NCBI RefSeq assembly: GCF_036321535.1
Contig: NC_087436.1
Location: 19,532,001 to 19,596,000, forward strand
DNA length: 64,000 bases
Direction: 5' to 3'
From: Camelus dromedarius
Taxonomy: Eukaryota
Shown here: positions 13,880 to 26,823 of the stretch, one piece after another
How the letters are laid out: every line of letters starts with the position of its first letter
Position numbering within the stretch: position 1 is the stretch's first letter
Translations under genes and position numbers: made by a program
The notes under the pieces: generated by a model
What the model was told of the DNA's origin: nothing
Database searches by the model: none
Seen by the model: the letters and a program-made list of their open reading frames with translations, nothing else

Positions 13880-14230
13880 TTAAAAATGAAATAAATCAAA
13901 TAAAAGAATGAGATACACTTATATATACTTTTATGGAAAGCACTCCAAGAAATAGAGTGAAGTAGGCAAAAATAAAAGCTGCATGCAGAAGTACTGTACA
14001 TAATATGATTGTCTTAAGAAAGCTATATAAATCTGAATAATTTCAGAAGGCTGGATGGATGAGTGGGGGGGGGGAAGTGGGGTGGATGAATACTGGTATA
14101 CTATTTTTTTTTTCTAGAAAGAGTCACAAGAAACTTAACATCTCTAGGGAGAGTAGGGTGCTAGAAATTTTCACTTTTCATTTTGTACTTTTCCATACAA
14201 TTAATATTTTTCTAATCAAAATCATTTATT
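13880..14230 (+). mobile_element. Ancient L1 (L1ME-like) 3'UTR fragment
   Basis: atggaaagcactccaagaaatagagtgaag...aaaagctgcatgcagaagtactgtacataatatgatt resembles L1ME 3' ends; highly diverged. Confidence 0.5.
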
Positions 14231-17194
14231 ACTTTACTTAAGGTCAGTGAGTGTTCTTTGAATATTAATGGAGCATTTCATTTTTCCTTGCAATATTTCT
14301 CTATATTAAAAGCAAAGCCTAATTTTTAAATTTTTATTATTTTTATCGAAGTTTTTTTTATTGAATTATTTAATTGAAGTATCAAAGCCTAATGTTTTAA
14401 ATTGAAAAAAGAAGCTGGTGTTATGAGACAGTAAGCATCTATCTTATAAGCTGATCTTTTCAGAAGGCTCTATGAGACAGTGCTTTTTACGAGGGGGAGT
14501 GTCAGCTCCAAGGAAGTGGGGAATTTTGTCATATTTGTCACTCTGTACCCCTGACTTCTGCCGTAGCCTTTGGCATGCAGTAGCAGTAGGTGCTCAGCAA
14601 GTGAATGTTGAATGAGTGAATGAATGAGAACATAATACATTATGTCCAAACCACTACAGCAATGCGATGCGTTTTAGTAGAATTTTACTCTATTTGCAAA
14701 TACATAAATACATGTGTATAGTTACATTCTTGTATCTGACGTCATTTAAAACATGAACCCGATAAGTATTATTTCAAAGTTTATACTAACAAAGGCAGTT
14801 AATTATACTTGAGATGCTCATGTTAAGGCTTTTTTTTTTTTTTTTGGCCTCCTCTTAGTAAGACTATGCATTCACTTTAGCTCTATTTTTAACTGTCATA
14901 ATGAAATTCAATCAAAATGTTTACTAAAGAGCGGTACTCTCGTCATTTACCTTATATATTTTTGTTACTATCTGTCACAGTGACCTAAACGGCTGCCACT
15001 TTAAAGTTCCTGCGATAACACTTATATTAATCATAAAATGCTAATTACTCATTATTAAATATACTGATTTCCTAATTACGTATTTAAAATTTCATGACAT
15101 TTTACAGCTACCTGTTAGTGAAAATCCATTCATAGACATAAATTGCTTTGTTTTATTTCAAACGTACAGTTGTTCTTACTGATGTGGCGTGCATAGATTT
15201 TTTTTAACTGTCAAAGTGTGTAGAAGTTGCCCTCTACTGGGCAACTGGAAAAATTATGTTGACATAGACTTTCAGTATTCTTAAAGACTCGGTTAAATTC
15301 ATTCATATGATTTACCAGATGGTCACTTCTTGCTCTCTGGCACTTTTAAGTTCCAAAGATACTGAAGTGATTAGCCAAGTACATTTCAAAATAAACATCT
15401 GATGTGAAAATCACTACAGCCGTTTCTGAGTGAAAACATTGACAATTCCTTCCTAAAAACGCCTTAGTGACAACACCCCACAGTGTAGGTCCAGAAATAA
15501 CTGTGTAAGGATGAGTCTTTACTGAAACATTAAGGGGAATTAGCTGTATATAATTATATGACCAAACATGAGTCAAGACTGTTTAGCAATTCACCATAGG
15601 AACTTTGAGGATGGAAGTCTAAGCACTCTAAAAATTTTTTAGCTAGCTCATTTGCATTTTCCTGGATCATAAGGTAAAATTTAATTATGTAGAAGTGGTT
15701 GACTTGTATTAATTATTGAACTTTTTATACCAAAAACATTACATGATCGTATAATGACAAGGTCTGTCTGCCGATTCTTATAAGCTGATAAGACAGTGTT
15801 CTTCCTCACCCCCTCAGTACTTTTCCTTCTGCTTCTAGGAAACCCATCAGGCTTTGGGTAGCACTACCCCAGAGAGGTTCAGGGTCTAGGATCCATCCCC
15901 TGCAGACCCCAGTATCACATTATGTATTTTCCTTCTCTTGCGCACTGAATAAATTTAGTAAAACTAAAGATGTATTAAGGAGAAGCCTGTTTAAAATAGA
16001 CATTGATGGTGAGGGTTGGGTCAGGAAAGAAAAGACTCCCCAAAGTCAGCCTGAGCATCGGGACCCTGCCTGTTGCCTCTGCCTTGGTGATGGTGGGAGG
16101 ACTCGTGGACCAGTGATGCTCACACCACGAGCAGACCTTTATTGGGACCGTTGGTTAATCCACCTCCTCCTGGCTGAAGCCTTTCAGAGACACAGAGTGC
16201 AGGACCAGTTGGCTCTGGCTAAGGAATATTACAAAAGCTAGAGTAAATCGGACCATTGACATATGAGACAAGGCAAGTGGAGTGCAGCTGTCTCCCTTCA
16301 TTTGCCCATCTTTACACTCAGTATTGATCGTCATAGCTAGGCCTAACAGCCGCATGTGCTGTCATTTAGACACGTCCAAAAGGAATGGGTGAGCTGTGCC
16401 AAACCCATTCATTTCACAGGTGTACACATGGTCTGGGTTTGTTGTTTGTTTATAATAAACGTCTAGTGTTAGTTTGAACACTGGTTTTGACTAAGTGGTT
16501 ATTTTCAATATCTTATTTAAAAGAAAATCAATTTACTGTTGTCTGGAAGTTTATTTTAACATACAGGGATCTACGTTAAAAGCTCCTTCCCCAAATCTCC
16601 CACAGATCCCCTTTCATTGTCTCCCTCCTCCATCCTCTTTGGCCCTCATACTCTCCCTCTTGTCCATCTCCCACATCCCTACCTTGCTTTTGCAAAATTT
16701 TGCAAAAATGCCCTCCCATATAGCCTTGTTGGCAATTCACAGGCCTTTTGAGAAGAGGAGAGCATCTACTTCAAGCTTTAATTTCCTTCCAAAAACTCTT
16801 CCACGGTCTGTTCTAATTGTGTTATCTATGTCTTTTTTTGCTTTATGCATATGATAAAATAATAATAATGAATAATTATTCCTATTTAATAATATGAGTA
16901 ATAGCTGTCTGGTCTCCTGTATGTGAGTTTGCTCTACTCAGCTGGTTTATAGGAGGCAGTGTGGTATCAGAAATAAAGAACTGGGTGGGGAATTTGAGAC
17001 ACTTAGTGTCCCGGCCCTAGTGTTTCCACCAACCCTGAGGCTGTGGGTAAGAGAGACTGCCTCCTTGGGCCTCAACTTTGCAATCTGTTAACTGAGACAG
17101 CAAATTACCTCTAATATCCCCATAAGCCAGAATTCTCCAGTATCTGTACATTCTCAAAAAACTCCTAACCACTATGTAAACACATAACAGCAGC

Positions 17195-17435
17195 GACCAT
17201 AGATTCTGGAGCCAGATGCACGGCTTGTTTCCCATTCTGCCACGTATTGCTTGGGAATTTTGTATTCTTCTATCTGGACACCTCAGTTTTCTCCTCTGTA
17301 AAATGGGAATCCTAGCAGCACCTTTCTCATAGGTTTGTTGTGAGGACCAAATGAATTAGTTCGTACGAAGGGCACAGAACAGTTCCTGACACATATGAAG
17401 TAGGCAGTCAGTAAATTTCAAGTAGTCTCATTATT
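17195..17435 (+). mobile_element. MIR SINE
   Basis: ttctggagccaga...cctcagttttctcctctgtaaaatggg...gttgtgaggaccaaatga. Confidence 0.8.
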
Positions 17436-17876
17436 GTCACAAAGGTAAGGGTTTTAAAGCATTTCAGAAAGTGTGTGTTTCTCATCAAGTGGAAATGCTG
17501 CTCCCTGAGAGAAGCACTTGTGGACACATACTCATTCATTCATTCATTCATTCGTGTATTCAGTGAAAAATTAATTGAGTGCCTAATATGTGCCAAGCAC
17601 TGTTCTGCATAGGCATCAACGATCAGGATGTTAGATGCACATCGAATCTTCTAAGCCAGTGAGTAATACATATGCAGTGTTGCTAGTGCAGTCTCTTCAT
17701 ATATTCATACACCACTGGCAGACTGTATGTGTGATCTGTGACCCTGTTTTTAATTTATATTACATATTTTGTATTGGTTTCTGACAACCCACTTCCTGTA
17801 TATCTTTTTATTTTAGTTTCCTCCTTCCTCCTTTGCTCTTTTATTTCTTTTCTAACAACTTTTCTTTCATTTGGCC

Positions 17877-17994
17877 TCTTCTTTGTTTGTTTGTTTTTCT
17901 TTCTTTTTTTAATTGAAATATAGTCAGTTATAATTTCTGGTGTACAGCACACTGTCCCAGTCATGCATAAATATGCATATATTTGTTTTCATAT
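17877..17994 (-). mobile_element. Very short young L1 3' end
   Basis: T-rich tail, aattgaaatatagtcagtt, tggtgtacagc; TSD atttggcc at 17869-17876 and 17995-18002. Confidence 0.85.
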
Positions 17995-19538
17995 ATTTGG
18001 CCCATTCTTGACCTCTCAACTTTTCTTTTTATTCCTTTGGCTTTATTCCTTTGGGGTTCTGCCTCCTGGTATTCCCTAGAACTTATCCATAGTCTCTAGA
18101 AGCCTCTCTTTTCTCATCTATTTAATTGGGATAATCAACTTACTTGTTGGAATTTTAAGTTAGGTAATATTTGTAAAGCACTTAGCACAGTTCCTAGTAC
18201 ATAGTATGCCTTAATAAATGTTGGTCCTTGTTACACTGGTGGTATTTGGTATCATTAAAGCAGTGATTCCAAAGCAAGAAATACTGCAAGCGTCTCTGTG
18301 TAAGATCCAGCCACAGAAGCTTTGGCTGACCTTTGCGGGATGTGGGATCATCCTCTTGACACTTCATGAGAGTTGTGCTTTTGAGTAAAATGTTTGTTGT
18401 GCTACTTGTTATCCTTAATATGCTGCCACGTGCATTTCCAGGGAAAATGAAATTGCAACATTTCAAACTGCAGCTGTGTGCCTCAGTGGAGTCCTGCAGG
18501 GCAATATGAACCCTGGCAAGTCTTTCCTGCAGCTATGAAAGCTTATGTCATCAAAAGGGAAATTTTGACTTAATTTCCTTTTGTTGCCTTTTTGGTCTAA
18601 TAATACAGATAAGCATTTTTATAGAGCTTCTTTGGAAAATCATTTATTGCATATTAAGTCTATAAACTTAGACGTCATTTACATGATTCTTGGAAAATAC
18701 AGAAAATTCCCACATCTGTCTCACTTTGGCCTTTTGTTGACTTTCATATAGTTCTTATCACTCTTTATCTGGATGGAAAAATCCAAGTTAACAGTTAATA
18801 GTTTTAATACAGATCTATGAGTTTACATGGTCTGAAAAGAAGATAGAGTTTTGCAATTAAAAAGGAAAAGGAAAAATCCTAAATTTGAACACTGTTTTTC
18901 AACTTTAACATATGTCACTGTATAGTTCTGAATAGCAGGGTACGTGTTATCCCCCTCTTGTGTTCTGCTTTCTATCATTTTTCTCTTGTACAATTCTGGA
19001 TATCAGGACCCTAAACTCCACACATTCTGCCTGCTATTCAGCACCCTTCATTTCTCCCTCCCCACTCACCCTTCCCTTTGCTTCCTTCATCTTTGGTGAA
19101 CAGAACCATCTTCAGATTAGAAGTGGTAAAGTAAATACTGGTAAAAGGAAAGTGGGCCCAAGACAAGCAGACTCTATCTGCTGGCCCAGACAGATTACTT
19201 CATGGGGTCCTGAAAAAACTAACATTTGAAATGACTGAATCTCTATCTTTGACAAATCATAAAGAAAAGGAGGAGAAGCAGCAGTTGGGCCTGTGCAACT
19301 GTCACGGCCAAGATCCAAAAGAGGAAAACAAAGTAGATTTTTACACACTTTTAACTGATCATTTTGTTTTCAGTCTGGAGAAAAATTGGGAGACTGGATA
19401 ATTAAGTAGCCCATTATAAGCAGTTACAAAGGAACGTGCTGTGCTGTTTGCTAAAAACCAAGTCATGAAAAATAAGTTTGTTGCACTAACTTATTTCTGT
19501 TTTGAATGTAATTGCGAATCCCAAACAATACTTTACAG

Positions 19539-19717
19539 CAGGCGTCCAAGCTGTAGCCCTTGCATCAAAGCAGACCATGCCCATTTGTTTCCTTGTCGTT
19601 TGGGCTGCTTTCCAGCTACAATAGCAGAGTTGAATAATTTTAACAGAGTCTGTATGGCCAGCAAAGCCTGCGATAATTGCCATCTGACCTTATACAGAAA
19701 TGGTTTGCCTACTTCTG
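19539..19717 (+). mobile_element. MER58A-like hAT-Charlie MITE
   Basis: ggctgctttccagctacaatagcagagttgaata...tatggccagcaaagcct...tttgcctacttctg; 8-bp TSD ctttacag/ctctacag. Confidence 0.85.
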
Positions 19718-19730
19718 CTCTACAGCCTAA

Positions 19731-19891
19731 ATCAGTTCTTCCTGGAATTTCAATGTGTCTACGTATTACCAAGAAATCTTGTTAAAAAAGCAGATAGTGC
19801 CACAGTAGGTCTGGAATGGGGTCTGAGATTCAGCAATTCCTGACAAGCTTCCAGGTGAGGGTCCACAGACCCCAGTTCAACCTGGCAAGGG
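19731..19891. mobile_element. MER5-family hAT-Charlie MITE, degraded
   Basis: cttgttaaaaaagcagat...cagtaggtctggaatggggtctgagattcagcaattcctgacaagcttccaggtga, followed by gtctaga. Confidence 0.7.
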
Positions 19892-20197
19892 TCTAGATTT
19901 CAAAAAGATTTTAAATTCTGCCATTTAAAAAATTGTGAGAGTGAATTATGAGTTGGAAGTCAATTCACTTGATTCGACTCTCACTTATTTGAATCATAAT
20001 GTTCAAGATGCATTAGAGGATAAATGTTTTCTTGGAGAGAATTTTGCCCTATCATTTCAAAATGATTATCTAATGACCATTTCCTTGGATAAGGACATTG
20101 GCTCAGTGATGAAATTTGAAGGGAGCAATAATGAGCTTGATAGCTCAAATGTTTAGGTGACCAATATCAACTGGACTGGTCTGCTTGACATTTCCTC

Positions 20198-20651
20198 TGT
20201 TGGAAGACAATTCTCCATGTATTGCTTGAATTTCTGTACAACTTGTGCTCTGACTATGCTTTGTTCCTAACTCTCTTTCCAAGAATGTTTGTATAATGAA
20301 CAACCTTGAGAGACAGAAATAGTGTCTCCCTCTGGAGTAAACGGCAGATTTGCTTACCGCCCATTTTAAAAGATTTGGGTTCCCTAAACTTAGTATTCCT
20401 TTGCTGTAACGCAGTCCACCATAGGTGCAGGCATCCACCTGAGCCCATCTGCACCACCCTGTTGACTTGGGGGCAAGGGGAACGTATGGTGACATTACAC
20501 TTGGCCGCTTGCTGTGCTGTGTGTGAATGGTACAGTCCTCTGGCTCTGACCCGGGAGTCTTGTGTCTGCTTCCAGTATCCAGGAAGCTATGGCAGGCTAA
20601 CTTGTTATCTTCAAGTATGGTCAAATCTCAGCCTCTTCACAGTTTTAGGCA
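20198..20651 (+). mobile_element. LTR40-family solo LTR (ERVL)
   Basis: Starts tgttggaagacaattctccatg, contains atagtgtctccctctggag and tggcaggctaacttgtta, ends CA; 5-bp TSD tcctc/ccctc. Confidence 0.88.
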
Positions 20652-22926
20652 CCCTCTCCCATAAGTCACAGCCCAGGATTCCAGTCACTGACTCCCCTTT
20701 CTCTGAACCCATCTTCCCCTCATTTTAGTAGAACTCTTCACCTTCTGCTTAATATATGAAATAGACATTCTTCAAGTTTCTAGCATCAAGCTTACAAGTC
20801 TGTACCTAATCTATCCTTTTCTCTCCTTTTACAATGAAGATGTCAGCCCCACCTCTTTCCTGAAGTTAAACTTTCCAGCTGTGCCCTGGAACTCCTTCCC
20901 TGCTGCCTTCTTAGGTGTCTTAAGTATAATCCCTTCTCTCTACTAAATCTCCATCCCCCTTCCCCCTTCCATCCCCCTGCCCCCTTTTGGTTCTTTCTAT
21001 GAATTTTGGAAATCCTCGTTTCTCCTTTCAAAAACAAAGCAAACAGCGAACTTCCTTTACCTCATATTCACTCCCCTCGAGTTACAGCTCTATTTCTCTC
21101 CTCTCCTCTCCAGCCAGACTTCTTGACAGAGTTGACCCCTCCCTTCCTTTCTCCCCTTCCTTCTCAGCCCTCAGTCTACTCCAGTTTAATTTCCGTGCTA
21201 GTCATCTTACTGAAATTGTTTTCTTCTCGGCCTCCTCTGAGTTTCAGTATATATTCTACATTCCTTAAATTCTAATTTTCTCTTTAACAGTAAATCACCA
21301 ACCATATGCTGAGGGCTCACTCATCTGTAGCCACTGTCCACGCTATTCCGAGCCTAAGTCCCGTATGTCCAGCTACTTACAGTATCTCTAATTGGAGGCC
21401 CTGTAAACACCTCAAACTCAGCATCTTCCCTAAGAAAAAATTAATCTGTACATCCCAATTCTACCCTGGCTCAGTAATTGAATCTATAGTCTACCTACCT
21501 GGTCAAAAATCCCTTAATTCAGAAGACTAAGAAACCGTCTTTTCTTGTGACAATTTGCAACTTTATCAACAAAAAACCCATCTATGTATACAACACATAC
21601 TTTGGTCCTACATCAAGCCAAACTTCTCTGGCCTTGCTTTCTTTTTTGAACTTCCTTCCAAACTTCAGTGTCTAATGATTTATCCTCAAAATGTGACTTT
21701 AGTGACAGAGAAGTTCACTTAAAATTGTTTTATAAATTTTATATTTATACTCATAAATTTTTGTCACCACCCCCAATATTTAATCTGCCAGTCTGCATTT
21801 CAAATACTTCTTGAATGTGTTATGTCTTTCTAATTTGATCACTAAGTTCTATCTCCTTAGCCCAAATCAACTCCTCTCTGGGTTACAGAACAACCTCCTA
21901 GTTGGTCTCTCTTTAATTTTCCACCACTTTAATCTTCTCTGAACTACACCCAGAATGGTTATATATACATATAATCTATATCTATGTCTATATATCCCTC
22001 CATTTTGGTCTGTAAAAAAAGTCTCAGTCTTTTGAGAAAAAGATGGTAGAGGCATCTCTTAACAGAAGCATTGAAGTTACAGAGGGACAGGTCAGAAGTG
22101 CTTTCTTTAATGGGAACTCCTAATGGGCATGGACCATAACATAAATTAAAGATCAGATATATACATATCACATCAGAGACTTGGCTTGAAAAACCAAACA
22201 TCACTCTAAGTGCATTAGTGAGGATAAACAGTGCTCAACAGCAGTTGTAGGAGAAGAAAAACAGGAACGAAAGAACAAAGATCTTCCAAGATATTCTTCA
22301 AAGACAACCCCAAGGACTTCACAGAAACTATTTCCCAGAGTTTTATGTAACAGTCCACTTCAAAATGACCAAAGCTTTATGTGCTTAGGAGACTTTGAAA
22401 TCCTTTTCCCCATAGCATCCATGATGTCTGACATACAGTTAGCACTCAATAAATGTTTGTTTAGTTAAATGGATGCCACTGAGACAAGCCAGCAGCTATT
22501 CCTGCAAGTCCTCACAGGGTGACCTTGTCACCACATTCTAGGAATAGATCCTTAGCTTTGCAGGTCCAGAAACTTAGCCGTCATTAGCGCACCCCAATGT
22601 GGTTGTGTTCTAGAAGACTAGTGTCAACTGGTGAGTTCCTTCTCTTCTTACCAGAAATGCTACATGGAAAACAAAATTATTATTCAGCCTTTTCTTGGCA
22701 AGCACGGGCTCAGACTAGAGGGAATTAACTGAATGTTTTCAATGGCTGGTGTTATCAAACTCAAAGAGTCTGATGCAACTGTCTGTATTGTGCACTGTGC
22801 TTGGTAAACCAACCAGAATACTCGTATCAGCTGCTAGGACCCCCCCTTCCCCTGACAGCTCTGAACATACTGAGAAATGCTTAATTTGGGCATGTTAAGG
22901 CACTTACTCCTTGAAGGCCCAGTTTT

Positions 22927-23391
22927 GTTTTGTTTTGTTTTTATTGAAGTATAGTTGATTTATAATGTTGTGTTTGTTTCTGGTGTACAGCCTAGTGATT
23001 CAGTTATACACATTATATGTTATTTTTCCTGTCCTTTTTCACTATAGGTTATTACAAGCTATTAAATATAGTTCCCTGTGCTGTACAGTAGGACCTTGTT
23101 GTTTATCTTTTTTATATATAGCAGTTTGTGTCTGCTAATCCCAAACTCCTAATTTAGCCCTCCCCTTGCTTTCCCCTTTGGTAACTATAAATTTGTTTTC
23201 TATGTCTGTGAGTCTATTTCTGTTTTGTAAATAAGTTCATTTGTATCATTTTTTTTAGATTCCCCATATAGTGGTATCATACGATATTTGTCTTTCTCTG
23301 ACCTACTTCACTTAGCATGATAATTTCTAGGTTCATCCATGTTACTGCAAACAGCATTATTTCATTCTTTTTTATGGCTGAGTAGTATTCC

Positions 23392-23438
<47 letters not shown>

Positions 23439-23572
23439 CACAACTTCTTTATCTGTTCCTCTGCCAATGGACATTTAGGTTGCTTCCATGTCTTGGCTAT
23501 TGAAAATAGTGCTGCTCTGAACATTGGGGTGCATGTATCTTTTCATAGGAGAGTTTTCTCTGGATTTACGTG
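22927..23572 (-). mobile_element. Young L1 3' fragment with internal (CA)n
   Basis: Perfect 15-bp TSD tgaaggcccagtttt at 22912-22926 and 23573-23587; encodes ORF2 C-terminal remnant [19 protein letters not shown]. Confidence 0.95.
23395..23436. repeat. (AC)n microsatellite inside L1
   Basis: Read directly. Confidence 0.95.
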
Positions 23573-26067
23573 TGAAGGCCCAGTTTTAAAGAGGAAAGTA
23601 TAGGCAGAGGAGGGGAAAGGGGCCCTTACCCACCACTCAACCACTACTTTCTTTCCAGCTGACCTTCCCTAGACTACTAATGCCTCTTTCTTTCTTCTGT
23701 AAAGTTTACTCAACTGTATATTTTGACATCCATGTTTATAAAGTCATATTCTCTGGAGACCATATACCCTGACCATTTTATTTAAATTGATATGTCTCCA
23801 AAATTCCCCATACCACCCCTTTATAATTTATTGCTTAGGATGTGTTGGCCAATGTCACTCATTTCATGTTGGTTTAATGTAATTTCATTCTTGAGGAATA
23901 AACTTTCCTCCTACTTTTTAAGATACTACTAGGTATTGACCACAGAACAAAATGTGAAGACAGTCTGTGAGTTTTAGTTGGCATCCATCTTTAAAAGAAA
24001 AAAAAAAGGTAATCTTTGCATTAATATAAATACAAGGTTGAGAGTAAAGAAGTTGTCAAAGCATTATTTTCAAAAGTTGATAACACAACTTTTTTCTTAC
24101 AAATATAGAATAGACACATGCCAAACATGTATTTAACTGAATAATGAAGGAACCAGACAGATGGTAAAGTTGGCTTCAAGGGAGTGATAGAAACAGAGGT
24201 AATGTAGTCCTTCAGAAAAACATATTGAAGTAAGTTTGCTGTGTTAGAGATAAAACTTGCTAATTCCCACAGGGTAATAAAACCATAACCTTTATGGTTG
24301 TTTTATTTCTACTAGATAGAAATTATTTCCATCTCTACTGGACAAAATTTTGTAAGTTAACATGTAATTTCACAGTCTGGGCCCTAATCACTGGTAAGAA
24401 GAAATCAAACAAAGGTACCTCCCTCGAGGTAATTAAATAATCCTTGGATTGGCCCATTAGACAAGGCTCCAGGGTGACATTGAGAGGACATGTGGTCCTC
24501 TTTTGGCCTTATTTCCAAGTTTTGGCAACTTTTATTAAGCAAGTGCTGTGGACTCTTCAATTCATTTGGATGCGATTATGTCTAAATGAAGGCTCAGAAC
24601 TGCCCCCTCCCCACCAGGAGGAACAGTGGGAGGGCCTGAGGACTTTTAGCCAGGACAGGACTCATATGGGGACCCAATCGCTCACTTCAGCATTACTCTT
24701 AGACTATGGCCCTGAGGAAGTAGTTGAAGAGCGCAGAGATTTTATGCACATCATTCAAAAGCAGTCGCAAAGAGGCCATCCCAAGAAAGGAGGGGTGAGC
24801 TGTGCCCTAAGCTGCTCCAAGGGGAAGACAGGGCAGCAGTGGAAGTGGCTTGGGCTCAGTATATGAATGAGCTCCCTCTTCGTGAAAGGGCTTCAGCCAG
24901 GCCAGTGTGAGCCTTGAGAGCAAGAGCAGTGGTCTCCCTGTGGGTTCTCTGGCAAAGGTGCAGCCATCACAGCTGCACACCAGGAGCAAGTGAGGGAGAC
25001 AGACCGAGGAGGGGCGCACTTCAGATGAGGACTGGACCAGTCCCATTTACGAGTCCAGTGGGACCAGTCTCGTCTAAGATGCCTTGCAAAACTGAAATTC
25101 TATTCTTCTATGAAAATTGAGTTCTTGCCCTTTAATTAAAAAATAAAAAGCACCCTTTCCAGGGCCCAACATTTCATATCCTGGTGACAGAAGCCTACGT
25201 TAGTTTTAGTATCTGTGTGATCACAATGGTGATTGCAGCAAAGCCTTTTGATCATTTTTTCCTATTTACAAAAAATGATAATTCACTTCGGTTTTGCCTT
25301 TTTTTATAAGTCCTCCTCCCAAGAGAAGTGCATTCACAGTTTTGTTGTTTTTGTTGTTATTTGGAGAGCTTCTGGTTTGTATTTTAGTGCGACTAAATCT
25401 CGGTGTCTCAGATTTGACACTTTTTTTCTATCTCCGCTAAAGTCATTGAAATATATTCACATCAGAGGTGTAAATGGATTTTCTGAAGGTTTTTAAGAGA
25501 CAGTCAAAGCCAGTCACTTTGTGACTTGACTTCTTCAGGTGTTGCAGTCAAAAAGCTTAACACACCATCTCAGTTGCAAGGATGCTAAAACTATGTCTTG
25601 ACCTTGAATCTTCAAGGAGGTGGGTAACACCTTTTGCTAGATGTGCTCATCCACCACCTCTTTGGGGCTTTTTCTTTTTTTTTTCCTTTTTAAATTTTTT
25701 TCACCACCTCTCTGGTTTTATCCATTTGTATAAGATTTACTTGAGAAAGAGAAAGGAGAAGGAATCACATTGAACCTTCTGTATACTTGAGAGAAAATAA
25801 CATATTTGACTTTCTGGCTTCCAATAACTGTTGTAGTTACAGTTGAAATTTTTAGTTTACCCTTCTTACCAGTGATATGTGTAAAAAAAAATCCTGACCC
25901 AAAAAAAAAAGTGTATCAACCATGTCACACACAGTCTTCTATCTCAATTTGTTTCACGTCATCAAAAAGATGTACTGAGTTTGAAGCTCCTCTCAAGTTT
26001 ATTGTTAAAACATAAACCTGGAGAAATCGTGTACGATTGTAAAGATTTTATTCACACGATTCGAGCT

Positions 26068-26460
26068 CACAGGCTCTGGAGTCATGGAGACAGAGGCTGA
26101 ATTTCTGGCATTGCCTTTTCCTGCTTCACGCAGTGTTTCCGAGACTCAGTTTCCTTCCTGAGTAGATGGGGACAGTATTAGTACCTACCGCAGAGGGTTG
26201 TTGTGAGGATTCTGGAAGATAACATACATAAAGTCCTTAGCGCATCATCTGATATAAACATTCTATAAGTGGGGGAGGGTATAGCTCAAGTGGTAGAGCA
26301 CATGCTTGTTAGCATGCATGAGGTCCTGGGTTCAATCACTAGTATGTCCATTTAAAAAAGTAAATAAATATATAAACCTAATTACCTCCCCCCTAAAAAA
26401 AAAAAAAGAAACTAAAAGAAAAAAACAAAAACTCCATAAGTATTAGCTATTCTTGTTCTA
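26068..26460 (+). mobile_element. MIR SINE interrupted near its 3' end by a vic-1 SINE
   Basis: ggctctggagtca...ctcagtttcc...gtacctaccgcagagggttgttgtgaggatt; tail tattagctatt resumes after the SINE. Confidence 0.75.
26271..26430 (+). mobile_element. vic-1-type camelid tRNA-derived SINE
   Basis: gggggagggtatagctcaagtggtagagc (A box), gggttcaatc (B box), aaacctaattacctcccc, A tail; imperfect TSD ttctataagt/ctccataagt. Confidence 0.9.
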
Positions 26461-26588
26461 ATAATACTTAGAACAACTTCACCAAAACTTAATTCTGGTG
26501 CCATTAATCTTGTCAGGATTAATGGTACCATGGCCGACCCATTTCATAATACAACTGAAAAGCAGGTTTCAGCATTATGTAACAATTC

Positions 26589-26823
26589 TTTTTTTTTTTT
26601 TTTAAGATTCTCTATATAAATAAGATCATACAGTATCTGCCTTTGTCTGTCTGACTTATGTCACTTAACATGATACCCTCTAGGTCCAAACATGCTGTCA
26701 TAAATGGCAAGATTTCGTTCTTTTTTTTTTTTTTTTCTTTTTGAGGGAGGTACTGGGGATTGAACCCAGGACCTTGTGTATACTAAGCATGTGCTCTACC
26801 ACTGAGCTATACCCTCCCCTCTA
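26589..26823 (-). mobile_element. Composite insertion: vic-1 SINE head + A tract + L1 fragment + poly(A)
   Basis: SINE 26741-26820, L1 ORF2-end piece 26604-26720, T tract 26589-26603; TSD taacaattc at 26580-26588 and 26824-26832. Confidence 0.85.

Noticed and set aside
20145..20728. 159-aa and 140-aa ORFs
   Set aside because: Lie within the LTR40 solo LTR.
23277..23474. ORF resembling the L1 ORF2p C-terminus
   Set aside because: Truncated L1 remnant interrupted by a microsatellite; not an intact gene.
26271..26350. tRNA-like sequence with A and B boxes
   Set aside because: SINE head with A tail, TSD and five sibling copies; no intact cloverleaf.
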